Shown here: positions 27,180 through 36,700 of the stretch, piece by piece
Position numbering within the stretch: position 1 is the stretch's first letter
How the letters are laid out: each line of letters starts with the position of its first letter
NCBI GenBank assembly: GCA_040876835.1
Contig: JBBDOX010000017.1
Coordinates: 1 to 51,903, forward strand
Reading direction: 5' to 3'
From: Candidatus Anderseniibacteriota bacterium
Lineage (GTDB): Bacteria > Patescibacteriota > Andersenbacteria > UBA10190
DNA length: 51,903 bases
Notes under the pieces: generated by a model
The model's input: only the letters and a program-made list of their open reading frames with translations
Database searches by the model: none
Told to the model about the DNA's origin: nothing
Translations under genes and position numbers: made by a program

Positions 27180-27351
27180 GAGAAAGCCAATTAAGATTAA
27201 CCTCATTGGCTTAGATTCTCCTGAGAATAAGCCGAACTTACAGCGAGCGTACAATCGCCTTTTTGCATGGGCAGAGGAAGAAATTCGTACAGAACAAAGA
27301 GGGTTGGGGAAAACTAGGGGTGTTAATAATAGTACAAATAGTTACAATTAA
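27172..27351 (+). CDS. 59-aa hypothetical protein, absent from the ORF track
   Basis: MNRRKPIKINLIGLDSPENKPNLQRAYNRLFAWAEEEIRTEQRGLGKTRGVNNSTNSYN*; AAGGA RBS; overlaps the primase stop. Confidence 0.6.
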   Translation: MNRRKPIKINLIGLDSPENKPNLQRAYNRLFAWAEEEIRTEQRGLGKTRGVNNSTNSYN

Positions 27352-27361
27352 TAGTGTAAAT

Positions 27362-27544
27362 ATGTCTGAATTAGATTCAAAAGAAGAATTTCTCACCGTC
27401 CAAGAAGCAGCTAAAAAGCTGCGGGTAAAACCCATCACAATTTACCGGATGGCTCGAGCCGGAAAACTCCCTGCCATTAAATTTGGTAAGTCTTGGCGAA
27501 TAAGTAGCCGCCGATTATCAGAAATGTTTAATTCTAAGCCTTAA
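27362..27544 (+). CDS. Excisionase-like helix-turn-helix protein (HTH_17)
   Basis: FLTVQEAAKKLRVKPITIYRMARAGKLPAIKFGKSWRI. Confidence 0.88.
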   Translation: MSELDSKEEFLTVQEAAKKLRVKPITIYRMARAGKLPAIKFGKSWRISSRRLSEMFNSKP

Positions 27545-27593
27545 ATAAAACCAGAGGCTCAGATTGGAACCCGAAGCCTCTGGCAGATGACAC

Positions 27594-29246
27594 ATGAAGC
27601 CACCTAGCCACAATTCTACGGAAGACACTGTACAACAGCAACCACGCATTGCTGCTCTCTATGCGCGTGTTTCAACCGAGCGACAAGAAGATGAGCAGAC
27701 CATTCAGGTACAAATTGCCGAATTGAAAGAAAGAATTGCGGCTGACGGCAATGTGCTCTCTGATAAAAATATTTTTACAGACGATGGTTGGAGCGGTGCA
27801 ATGCTGCAGCGTCCTGCCCTTGATAACATGCGCGCAGCCGCCGCCAATGGAAGCTTTGAAGTATTGTATGTATTTGATAGAGGCAGACTAGCTCGCAAGT
27901 ATCATTATCAAGCTATCGTCATTGAGCAACTTGAAGATCGCGGCATAGTTTTCATTTCATTGAAGGATAAATCAGTTGTGACGGATGACGACAGGGTTTG
28001 GCAGGGTTTCCAGGGGTTATTCGCAGAATGGGAACGAGCAAAGATTGCCGAGAGATTCCGTATTGGCAGAATTCAGCGAGCCAAAGCCGGTCGTCTAATC
28101 AATGGGCAATCACTCTATGGATATACCCGCATAAAGCGTGGCGAAAAACAACCTGCTTATATTATTATTAATGAGGAAGAGGCACGGGTAGTGCGAATGA
28201 TCTTTGAGTGGTATGGCAGCGAGAAGTGCTCGCTTCGTGAAATTATTCAACGCCTCTATAGGCTTGGTATCCCACCTCGTAAAGAGAAAAGTGACAGATG
28301 GACAAAGGGACCACTGATTAGAATCCTAAAGTGCGAAAGTTATTTTACCGGTGAGATCTACTACAACAAATCAGAGGCAGTTGTGCCAAAAAACCCTATC
28401 AGTAAAGAAAAGTATAAGAGGGTAAAAAAGAGTAGCCGCAAAGAACGTCCACGAGAAGAATGGCTCCCCTACTCTGTTCCCAAACTCATTGAAGACACCA
28501 CAATTTATGCCAAGGTTCAAAAGCGACTAGAGTACAACAAGCGATATGCCACTAAAAATAAAAAACATGATTACCTTCTAAGTGGCTTTGTCTGGTGTGA
28601 ATGCGGTCATCGCCGTGCTGGTGATGGGTACAGCAAAGGCAATAACCACTATTACCGCTGCGCTCAACGCATCTACAAGCATCCTAAGCCCAGTGAATGC
28701 ACGTCGCCTGGCATTAACGCCGTTGTGGTAGATAAGGCATTCTGGCATAAGTTTTCCGAATTCCTGAAAGATCCAAAATTATCCAGAGAAGCAGCCGAAA
28801 ATTACTTAAAGGAAACGAACGTGGATTCAGTAACAAAACAGCAGCAGCTACGACTTCAGCAAATACTAGACAATCTTGGTGAGGAAGAAAAAAGATACCT
28901 TAAAGCTTACGGTACTGGCACTATGAGCGAGCAACAATTTCAAGAAATGGCAGAGGACGTAAGCCGTCGAAGACTACCCCACCAACGACAACTTAATGCT
29001 CTGCGTATTCAAGAGCGCCAGCGGCAAGTTGATCCGATAAGTGTTGAAAAACTAATGGAAAAGGTCGCTCTAAAGCTTAAGAAGATTGACCCCTCAGAGA
29101 AACGAGAAGTGATCGAGGATGTTATATCAAAGGTCTGTATTGGTCGAAATACAGTTGATGTATATGGCAAAGTCGAGATACCATCATCTTCATTATGTTT
29201 AAACATGGGATTAAAAAATGAGAATAGGAATCGTCGGCCTGCCTAA
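27594..29246 (+). CDS. Large serine recombinase (integrase)
   Basis: YARVST catalytic Ser, DDGWSG, QRPAL, DRGRLAR, YLLSGFVWCECG...YYRC zinc ribbon, coiled coil. Confidence 0.95.
   Translation: MKPPSHNSTEDTVQQQPRIAALYARVSTERQEDEQTIQVQIAELKERIAADGNVLSDKNIFTDDGWSGAMLQRPALDNMRAAAANGSFEVLYVFDRGRLARKYHYQAIVIEQLEDRGIVFISLKDKSVVTDDDRVWQGFQGLFAEWERAKIAERFRIGRIQRAKAGRLINGQSLYGYTRIKRGEKQPAYIIINEEEARVVRMIFEWYGSEKCSLREIIQRLYRLGIPPRKEKSDRWTKGPLIRILKCESYFTGEIYYNKSEAVVPKNPISKEKYKRVKKSSRKERPREEWLPYSVPKLIEDTTIYAKVQKRLEYNKRYATKNKKHDYLLSGFVWCECGHRRAGDGYSKGNNHYYRCAQRIYKHPKPSECTSPGINAVVVDKAFWHKFSEFLKDPKLSREAAENYLKETNVDSVTKQQQLRLQQILDNLGEEEKRYLKAYGTGTMSEQQFQEMAEDVSRRRLPHQRQLNALRIQERQRQVDPISVEKLMEKVALKLKKIDPSEKREVIEDVISKVCIGRNTVDVYGKVEIPSSSLCLNMGLKNENRNRRPA
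29208..29230 (+). repeat. attR, overlapping the recombinase 3' end and the ychF start codon
   Basis: GGATTAAAAAATGAGAATAGGAA; identical core AATAGGAA shared with 15307-15314. Confidence 0.85.
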
Positions 29247-30294
29247 CGTAGGCAAATCAACTCTCTTTAACGCCTTAACCAAACAGGCGGCCTTAGCGCG
29301 CAACGTGCCGTTTACCACTATCGAACCGAATGTAGGCGTTGTACCCGTACCAGATGAACGACTCGATGTCCTCTCTAAAATATCCAGCTCTGCCAAAATC
29401 GTACCTACCACGATTGAATTCGTGGACATTGCCGGCTTGGTTCGTGACGCCCATAAAGGAGAAGGTCTGGGGAACAAGTTTTTGGCAAACATCCGAGAAG
29501 TGGACGCTATCATTCACGTCGTCCGCTTCTTTGAAGCCTCCGACATTATTCACGTCGACAACAAGGTGGATCCGATCAGCGATGCGGAAACAATCAACAC
29601 GGAGTTAGCCCTGGCGGATCTAACCAGCGTCGAAAAAGCCCTGGAACGTAACGAGAAGTTGGCTAAAGGAAACGACAAAGAAGCCGTGGCAAAAGTCGCC
29701 ATCTATAAACGCCTGCAGGCACAGCTGGCGCAGGGCAATCCGGCTCGCGATCTTACTTTCGAAGAAAAAGAGCAGCCCTATGTTCGTGAACTCTTTCTGC
29801 TCACCATTAAACCCATCCTGTATATTGCCAATGTTGACGAAGCGCAGATAGGCAGCGCTGAAGAAGTAACGAAGGTATTTACGAATATTCATAAAAACGT
29901 CCTGCCAATCAGCATTAAGATCGAACAGGAACTTGTCGAACTTTCCGACGAAGAGCGCCTGACTTTTCTGCAGGAATACGGTCTGTCCGCCACCGGACTT
30001 GATCGCTTAATTAACGCCAGCTACAAGCTGCTTCACCTAATCACGTTCTTTACCAGTGGAGAAAAGGAAACCCGAGCCTGGACTGTCAGAGCGGGCAGTA
30101 CCGCCCCCCAGGCCGCCGGTGAAATCCACAGCGACTTTGAACGAGGGTTCATCCGGGCGGAAACGGTTGCCTACGATGATCTGACTACTGCCGGCTCCTA
30201 TGCTGCCGCCCGGGCAGTCGGGAAAGTAAGGGATGAAGGGAAGGGATATATCGTCAAAGACGGCGATATCATGCTATTTAAGTTTAGTGTATAA
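29218..30294 (+). CDS. ychF: Ribosome-binding ATPase YchF
   Basis: GIVGLPNVGKSTLFNALT, DIAGLV, GEGLGNKFL, IHSDFERGFIRAE, YIVKDGDI. Confidence 0.97.
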   Translation: MRIGIVGLPNVGKSTLFNALTKQAALARNVPFTTIEPNVGVVPVPDERLDVLSKISSSAKIVPTTIEFVDIAGLVRDAHKGEGLGNKFLANIREVDAIIHVVRFFEASDIIHVDNKVDPISDAETINTELALADLTSVEKALERNEKLAKGNDKEAVAKVAIYKRLQAQLAQGNPARDLTFEEKEQPYVRELFLLTIKPILYIANVDEAQIGSAEEVTKVFTNIHKNVLPISIKIEQELVELSDEERLTFLQEYGLSATGLDRLINASYKLLHLITFFTSGEKETRAWTVRAGSTAPQAAGEIHSDFERGFIRAETVAYDDLTTAGSYAAARAVGKVRDEGKGYIVKDGDIMLFKFSV

Positions 30295-30393
30295 AACAAT
30301 ATAATGTTCAGGTGTCAATAGAAAGATTTTCTGCCTGTTAAATCCTTGTGTTTTTTGGCCTTTTACGCTACTGTAGACGAACAATTTCTTGAT

Positions 30394-30822
30394 ATGAACC
30401 AATACGAAATCACCTATCTCATTGATCCCCAGGTAAACGAAGAGGCTCGCACCGAGCTGAATTCTGCCGTGGATAGCAAAGTGAGTGAACTAAAAGGAAA
30501 GGTAGGGCACTCCTCTCCCACTCTGCGTCGCAAGCTTGCTTACGAAATCGACAAAAAGCAGTCAGTATTTATGCGCAATATGCACATTGATCTGTCCCCA
30601 GCTGAAGTGGCTACCCTTCATGACTTCTTCAAACGTACCCCCACTATTCTACGCTTTTCACTAATCAATACCCCCTACCGTGAAGGATCTGCCCCCGACA
30701 CCCTCAAGCAGAAAGAGGAAGAAAGCCGTAAAAAGCCAAAAGTGACAGCTGAAAAGAAAAAGGTCACGATGAAAGATGTTGAAAAAGGCATTGAAGAAGC
30801 CTTAACTGAGGAAGTAAAGTAG
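30394..30822 (+). CDS. rpsF: 30S ribosomal protein S6 with C-terminal extension
   Basis: [22 protein letters not shown]; rpsF-ssb-rpsR synteny. Confidence 0.88.
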   Translation: MNQYEITYLIDPQVNEEARTELNSAVDSKVSELKGKVGHSSPTLRRKLAYEIDKKQSVFMRNMHIDLSPAEVATLHDFFKRTPTILRFSLINTPYREGSAPDTLKQKEEESRKKPKVTAEKKKVTMKDVEKGIEEALTEEVK

Positions 30823-30829
30823 TCTTGGT

Positions 30830-31291
30830 ATGGATTTAAATAAAGTTATGATTATCGGGCGACTGACACGGGATCCTGAAGCCCGCACCACCCCCCAGGG
30901 ACAAGCTGTAACCAACTTTTCAGTGGCTACTAGCCGGGTATGGAAAGACCAGCAGGGCGCCCAGCAGCAAAGCACAGAATACCATAACGTTGTTGCCTGG
31001 AGACGGCTAGCTGAGATCTGTGCTCAATACCTAGCTAAGGGACGTCAGGTATATATCGAAGGACACCTCCAAACCCGCAGCTGGGAAGGGCAGGATGGTA
31101 AGAAAAATTATCGTACGGAAATTGTGGCCGACAATATGATCATGCTTGGCAGCGGAGGCGGACAGACGGGACAGCAAGGCGCTCCGAAGTTCCAGCCAGC
31201 TTCCCAGCAACAAGCACAGGCAGAGCCAGTAATGGCTACCGCAGCAGCAGTTTCTGACGAAGAAATTCGCATCGAAGATATTCCCTTTTAA
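30830..31291 (+). CDS. ssb: Single-stranded DNA-binding protein
   Basis: [25 protein letters not shown]-terminal EDIPF. Confidence 0.97.
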   Translation: MDLNKVMIIGRLTRDPEARTTPQGQAVTNFSVATSRVWKDQQGAQQQSTEYHNVVAWRRLAEICAQYLAKGRQVYIEGHLQTRSWEGQDGKKNYRTEIVADNMIMLGSGGGQTGQQGAPKFQPASQQQAQAEPVMATAAAVSDEEIRIEDIPF

Positions 31292-31305
31292 TACATTTTG
31301 TAGCT

Positions 31306-31545
31306 ATGCCAATACGCAGAGGACGTAAGTCACGACAAAGAAAAACAATCGATACCTTGGAATTCGAAGATCTCGATAAGGTAACCTTTCGCGATACCGA
31401 AATACTGGACCTGTTCTTAAGCAGCCAGAACAAGATTCTGCCTCGCCGCAAAACCGGCATTACTGCCCGTCACCAACGTAAGATTGCTCGCGAAATCAAA
31501 CGGGCCCGAGAACTTGGACTGCTCGGCTACCGCGGCCAGCACTAA
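31306..31545 (+). CDS. rpsR: 30S ribosomal protein S18
   Basis: KILPRRKTG...QRKIAREIKRARELGLL. Confidence 0.93.
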   Translation: MPIRRGRKSRQRKTIDTLEFEDLDKVTFRDTEILDLFLSSQNKILPRRKTGITARHQRKIAREIKRARELGLLGYRGQH

Positions 31546-31862
31546 TGGATAAACGCACAAACTTCATTCCTCGGAATGAAGGCTTTGTTTGTGACCAATG
31601 CGGAGCAGATGTACCACCAGCGCGTGGTACGTTTCGCAATCACTGCCCACAGTGCTTAGCCAGCAAACATGTCGATAGAGATGTGCCGGGTGATCGACTG
31701 AACGAGTGTCAGGGGTTGATGCCGGCAGCACAGATAGAAGGTGTTGATCCGGATACCCTTGATATCATCCATATCTGTAACCAGTGCGGTTATCAAAAGC
31801 GCAACCGCATCGCCCCCGATGATAATCGCCAGGTAATGTTTGACATCATGGAAAATACGTGA
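31545..31862 (+). CDS. RNHCP domain protein
   Basis: FVCDQCG, RNHCPQCLASKHVD, PGDR, HICNQCG, DDN. Confidence 0.9.
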   Translation: MDKRTNFIPRNEGFVCDQCGADVPPARGTFRNHCPQCLASKHVDRDVPGDRLNECQGLMPAAQIEGVDPDTLDIIHICNQCGYQKRNRIAPDDNRQVMFDIMENT

Positions 31863-31904
31863 TATACAAGCAGGGTTCTTTCCCCTTCCCGACTGGAGCA
31901 TTCG

Positions 31905-32075
31905 ATGAAACGTCTCGTGTGTCAACAGTCAGGGTGCGTCGATCCGGCCACCCGAAGATTTTTCGTGCGCGGTAAGGTAACGACCCGCTGCATGCACCAC
32001 GGACATCTCTTCGAGTGCCTTCTCCGTCGGGAAAAGACTCGATTCGACGTCGAACAAATCACCACCGTCCGGTGA
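31905..32075 (+). CDS. 56-aa putative metal-binding small protein, absent from the ORF track
   Basis: GGAG RBS; MKRLVCQQSGCVDPATRRFFVRGKVTTRCMHHGHLFECLLRREKTRFDVEQITTVR*; hairpin and T tract follow. Confidence 0.55.
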   Translation: MKRLVCQQSGCVDPATRRFFVRGKVTTRCMHHGHLFECLLRREKTRFDVEQITTVR

Positions 32076-32186
32076 TCCCCTCCTTTCGGCCCTATCCGAC
32101 AGGATTTTTTTATTTACACCGAGCAGTTTCTCCTTCTTCCACGACTTTTAAGAGACAGGAATATGGATGAATGGAACAAGGCTCAA

Positions 32187-33785
32187 TCACCGCAAACTAG
32201 ACAGCAGGCTTTGCGATGTCATCTCAGATGGTGTCTTGAGCCCCAGAACATCCAATATAGTTGGCGCTACATCAGCCAATATACCAACCGGGACAACAGC
32301 AAGTTGCTCTAACTCGGACTCACTTCGAGCTTTGCGACGGCGATTCTTAGGCGTTATATATATCAGCGGCACGGGGTTGGTTGTGTGATCAGTTGTCGAC
32401 TCGCCTGTCAGGCGATTCATCATGTCTTCCGCATTCCCGTGATCGCCGGTGATTAAGATCGTTCCTTGAGCTGCCAAAACACTTTCCACAACCCGGCCAA
32501 TCTGATCATCTAAGAACTCAAGCGCATTTACCGTAGCCGGAAAGTTACTCGTATGGGCAATCATGTCCGGATTGGCATAGTTGGCAACAATGAGGTCGTG
32601 CTTACCAGCTTGTATAGATTGAATAACCGCTTCGGAGATTTTCTCGGCACTCATGTGCGGTTTTTTGCTGTAATCCTTCACATTAGCCGAAGGAATAGCC
32701 AACCACTTTTCTCCCGGAAACGGTTTTTCCCGGCCTCCATTCATAAAGTATGTGACATGAGCAAACTTTTCACTCTCCGCTATACGCAACTGTTTTAAGC
32801 CTTTATCACTAACAACCTTACCAAATGGTGCAGTAATAGTCTCCGCAGGAAAGGCAACCTCTGCTTGAACGCCATGCCCATAATCCGTCATCGTAACAAA
32901 AAACAGATCCTGCCATTTTTCGACGGGAAAACGGGAAAAACTGGGCTTAGTCAACGCTAGGGCCAGCTGAACACTGCGATCTTCCCGAAAGTTATACACC
33001 ACAACCGCATCACCATCTTTAATAGGGCGAGGTGGAGTATCCTCATCGGAAAAAATAATTGGTTGTGCCGTCTCGTAACTCTGTCTTTTTTCCTCATGAC
33101 GGAAAACACTCTTTAGTGCTTCCTGCCAGGATGACATTTGTTCACCTTCGCCTCTGACCAGAAGATCATATGCTATCCGAGTTCTATCCCAGTTTTTGTT
33201 ACGATCCATGGCGTAATATCTGCCCACCATTGAGGCGAGACGGCCCGCTTTCAACTCTTTTATCTGCTGCACAAGCTGGTTAATAAAGTTACCGGCGCTA
33301 TCCGGTGGCGAGTCACGACCATCAAGAAATGCATGAACGAACGTCCGGTCTCCTAAACCCGCATCGGCAGCAAGTTTCAGAAGCGCAATCTGGTGGTCAA
33401 TATGGCTATGCACTCCCCCATCGCTGACCATTCCCATAGTATGCAGAACGGCATCCGGCCGCTTCCGTACATGCTTTACCGCAGCTACAAGAGCTGGGTT
33501 AGAGAAAAACGACTCATCCTCTATAGCCAAAGAGATACGCGGCAGCGGCTGGTATAGGACTCGGCCCGAACCAATATTTTGATGCCCGGTTTCAGAATTG
33601 CCCATCTCCCCTCGAGGAAGGCCAACTTCAATGCCCGCAGCAGCTAAGCCTACCCATGGATAGTACTGAAAGTATTCCTCCATGTGGGGCTGCTTGGCAC
33701 TTGCGACAGCATTGCCTTCAGATACGGGTGAGAGCCCGTACCCATCGAGCACAAGTACTACTACGGGTCGCGATGTATGTTTCAT
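32187..33785 (-). CDS. gpmI: 2,3-bisphosphoglycerate-independent phosphoglycerate mutase
   Basis: VLDGYG, MGNSETGH, SDGGVHSH, GRYYAMDR, NPDMIAH, GDHGNAE, LADVAPT. Confidence 0.95.
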   Translation of the reverse strand: MKHTSRPVVVLVLDGYGLSPVSEGNAVASAKQPHMEEYFQYYPWVGLAAAGIEVGLPRGEMGNSETGHQNIGSGRVLYQPLPRISLAIEDESFFSNPALVAAVKHVRKRPDAVLHTMGMVSDGGVHSHIDHQIALLKLAADAGLGDRTFVHAFLDGRDSPPDSAGNFINQLVQQIKELKAGRLASMVGRYYAMDRNKNWDRTRIAYDLLVRGEGEQMSSWQEALKSVFRHEEKRQSYETAQPIIFSDEDTPPRPIKDGDAVVVYNFREDRSVQLALALTKPSFSRFPVEKWQDLFFVTMTDYGHGVQAEVAFPAETITAPFGKVVSDKGLKQLRIAESEKFAHVTYFMNGGREKPFPGEKWLAIPSANVKDYSKKPHMSAEKISEAVIQSIQAGKHDLIVANYANPDMIAHTSNFPATVNALEFLDDQIGRVVESVLAAQGTILITGDHGNAEDMMNRLTGESTTDHTTNPVPLIYITPKNRRRKARSESELEQLAVVPVGILADVAPTILDVLGLKTPSEMTSQSLLSSLR

Positions 33786-33791
33786 ATATCC

Positions 33792-36700
33792 TTACTCTAC
33801 CGTATTTTCTGGCTGTTGTTGGGACACAGATTGCATAGCAAAGGAAAGCGCCACCGGTGACTTGCCCTCCGAACGCATCACGATATGGGATTCCGTATAC
33901 TGCTGATACCCTTCACGAGCAACTGTCACCGTATATACACCCGGCGGAACCAGCAGGAAGAAAGAACCATTCTTGCCACTTGTCACCCTCGTTCCTACTA
34001 AAGTGCCAGTTGTAGCGTCAATGATACGAACTATTGCTCGCCCTAACGGCTTGTGGGTGGTCGCATCAGTCACTAGTCCACTTGCCTTAAAGAACCTGCG
34101 AGCGACTAAAATTTTCATGGTGATAAGGAGAATGTAAAATACTTCCACTCCAATGTTTAACAGAGAGGGGGATCCAAATAGAACGATGCTGTTAACAAGG
34201 AACCCAATCACCAGTAGCGGCCAGGACAGACGAACTAAAATATAGGAAGCACCATGCAATACTCGCTTGCGCAAGGATATTCTACCCTGATATTTTCCGT
34301 ACCGGCGCATTGCTACTACGACCGGTATAAGCTTTTCCTGCACCACCGCAATTGCTCGACCATCATACACTTTCTCACCACCAACAATGCGCAGGAAGGG
34401 AGCTTCAGGTGTCATCGTCCATCCTGATTTAACTACCCGTAGATTATACGACCCAGGAGCTAAGTAAGAGGAGAAGGCACCGTTATCATCAGTCACCGTT
34501 GCATCCACAACCCGTTCGGTCTGGTGATTTACAATTTGAACCTTTGCACCAGCCAAAGTCTCTCCAGAATATGCATCAACAACTCTTCCCCAAGGCCGCC
34601 GCCTACTTTTAAGTCCTGCTAATCCCAACATGCCCTGCCATACGCGCTCTAAGATTCCGAAGAGCTGCGATGCGAAATTGCTAGCCGTGGCAGCCAGGGC
34701 CGGCTGCGACGCAATTGTTGCCACGGCGGCTGATGTCGCTACAGTTGTTGTAGTTACCTGAGCCGCTGGTGATTCAGCAATCGGTTTTAATTCCTGACGG
34801 ATTTCCCGAATAGCCTCAGCAGGTTCTTCCGGAAACTTTTTGACAGCCGCGGCAATATTGCGCGCCGTCTCGGGTAATTGTTGAATTACTTCCCGGAAAC
34901 TTTCTACAACCTCCTGAACTACCTCAATAGAAGTCTCTACAATTTCTTGTACTGTGTCACTCACAAATTCAATAACCGTTTCTGCGACTTCGATGACTGT
35001 CGTTACCAAGTCTTGAATAACCTCTTGAACCTGTTCAACCACAATCTCGGCATTCCCAATCAAGCCCCCAGTGTCACTTTCGTCAACTAGAGGAGTAGGC
35101 CCAGGAACGGGCGTTGGGGTTGGCGTAGGAGATGGAGCTACGGAGGGAGTGGGGATAGGTGTTGGAGCCGGGGTAGGAGACGGGACTGGAGTTGGGACAG
35201 GCGTAGGAGCCACACACGTCCCATTAATACTTACTTCACCTTCCCGACAGGTAACAGTACTCGCAAGATTAGATACAATCTTGTCTTCCTCACTATCAAA
35301 AACACGTACCGTGAAGTAGTACAGGGTTTGTTCTAGTAACCCCGACACTGTAGCGGAAGTAGTATTTGAATTAGTAAACGCAACCTTTGTAGCTTGGTTA
35401 TGACAGTTACTCCCCTGAGCGTGTTGCTGATTGATGGAGTAGCACAACTCATACCGTACAAACGTCGGACTGGTAACTTTGTCCCAGATGAGCTTAATGG
35501 TAGTGCCAATAACATCAGTAATCGTTACATTAATCGGTGGAAGGTCATTGGTGACAACCTGATCTAGTTCAAGCTTTGTAGAGTTTCCACGACTGTCAGC
35601 AGCCGTTAATGTAATAAAGTAGTTCTTGTTTCGCTGTAGCCCCGTCAGTGTAGTGCTCGATGTGTTGTTATCAGTAATTGTCACATTACTAGAAGTCCGA
35701 TCACACGTGTCCACGTGGGTATCGTTCAGCCCATAACAAATGGTGTATTGAGCGAAATTTGATTCGTCCTCGTCAACGTCCCAGCTAATCGTCAGAGATC
35801 TGGTACTACGATCAGTTAATCGTAGATTATCAACCTGGGGTGGACGGTTATCAAGGAAAAACGCTGACGATGTTTTGGGCGTACCGTCAGTATCAATATC
35901 ATTGGGAGTTACCCGCAGATATACCGTAAGCGCCTGGTCAGAAAAATGTTCCTGGGAATCCCAGGTAATAGTGAGTTGTACGGATTCAGTATTGGTGTCA
36001 ATAGACCCGACCTGGTAGCTGTCGCCATTGCTGAGCGTCACACTGCCGGTTGAAGTGCTAACAGAAGCAAGGCTCGCTTTGTGCCAGTCTGTTTCATTCG
36101 TAGAATATTCTATTTTCAAACGAGTAACATCAGCATCTGCATCAGAAACCGTGGTCACGAAAGTGACGTGACCATTTCCATTAGTCTCCTGAGAAATACT
36201 TGTGGGGGTCGTAGCGAAAGGCGCTGCATTTGAATCAGAACTGAGCGTCGTCGCCCCCGCCTCATCAGACGGATCACTAGTACCGATAACGTTGATGGCA
36301 GATACGCGGTAGGTATGCAGAGTGTCAGAGTCTAAACTAGTATCCTCGTAGGTAGTGTTAGTACTTTCAGTATCGGCTACCAGAGTAGCAAAGGATCCAA
36401 CACCGATTTTACGCTCAATCTTGTAGCCGGTAATAGCAGAGCCTCCGTCGTCAGCTGGAGCATCCCAGGAAAGATCAATCTGGGAGGAGGAGATAGCTGT
36501 GGCGTCGAGGTTGGTGGGAGGGTCGGGGGCTGTTTCTGGATCCGGCTCCTTTATCTCTAAAGCAATACCTTGAGGCGAAGTCAGGCCAGTCACAACATCT
36601 TCTACGCTGGAGCCGTCAAAATTAGCGCTCTGAATTTTACCGGCAGAAGTATTAGCCCAATACATCTTACTTTCATCAATATCAAGAGCAATGCCTCCAA

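Larger units (their letters stand above)
15292..29230. mobile_element. 13.9-kb serine-recombinase integrative element inserted at the ychF start
   Basis: Flanking direct repeat, recombinase, excisionase-like HTH, PrimPol-helicase and R-M cargo; visibly more AT-rich than the flanks. Confidence 0.88.

Noticed and set aside
27263-27361. N-terminal extension of the excisionase-like ORF
   Set aside because: The HTH_17 domain starts at ATG 27362, and the upstream bases are used by the 59-aa ORF in another frame.
35095-35210. Short tandem repeats as a CRISPR array or VNTR
   Set aside because: They encode the Pro-Thr linker of the surface protein; no constant repeat with unique spacers and no cas genes.
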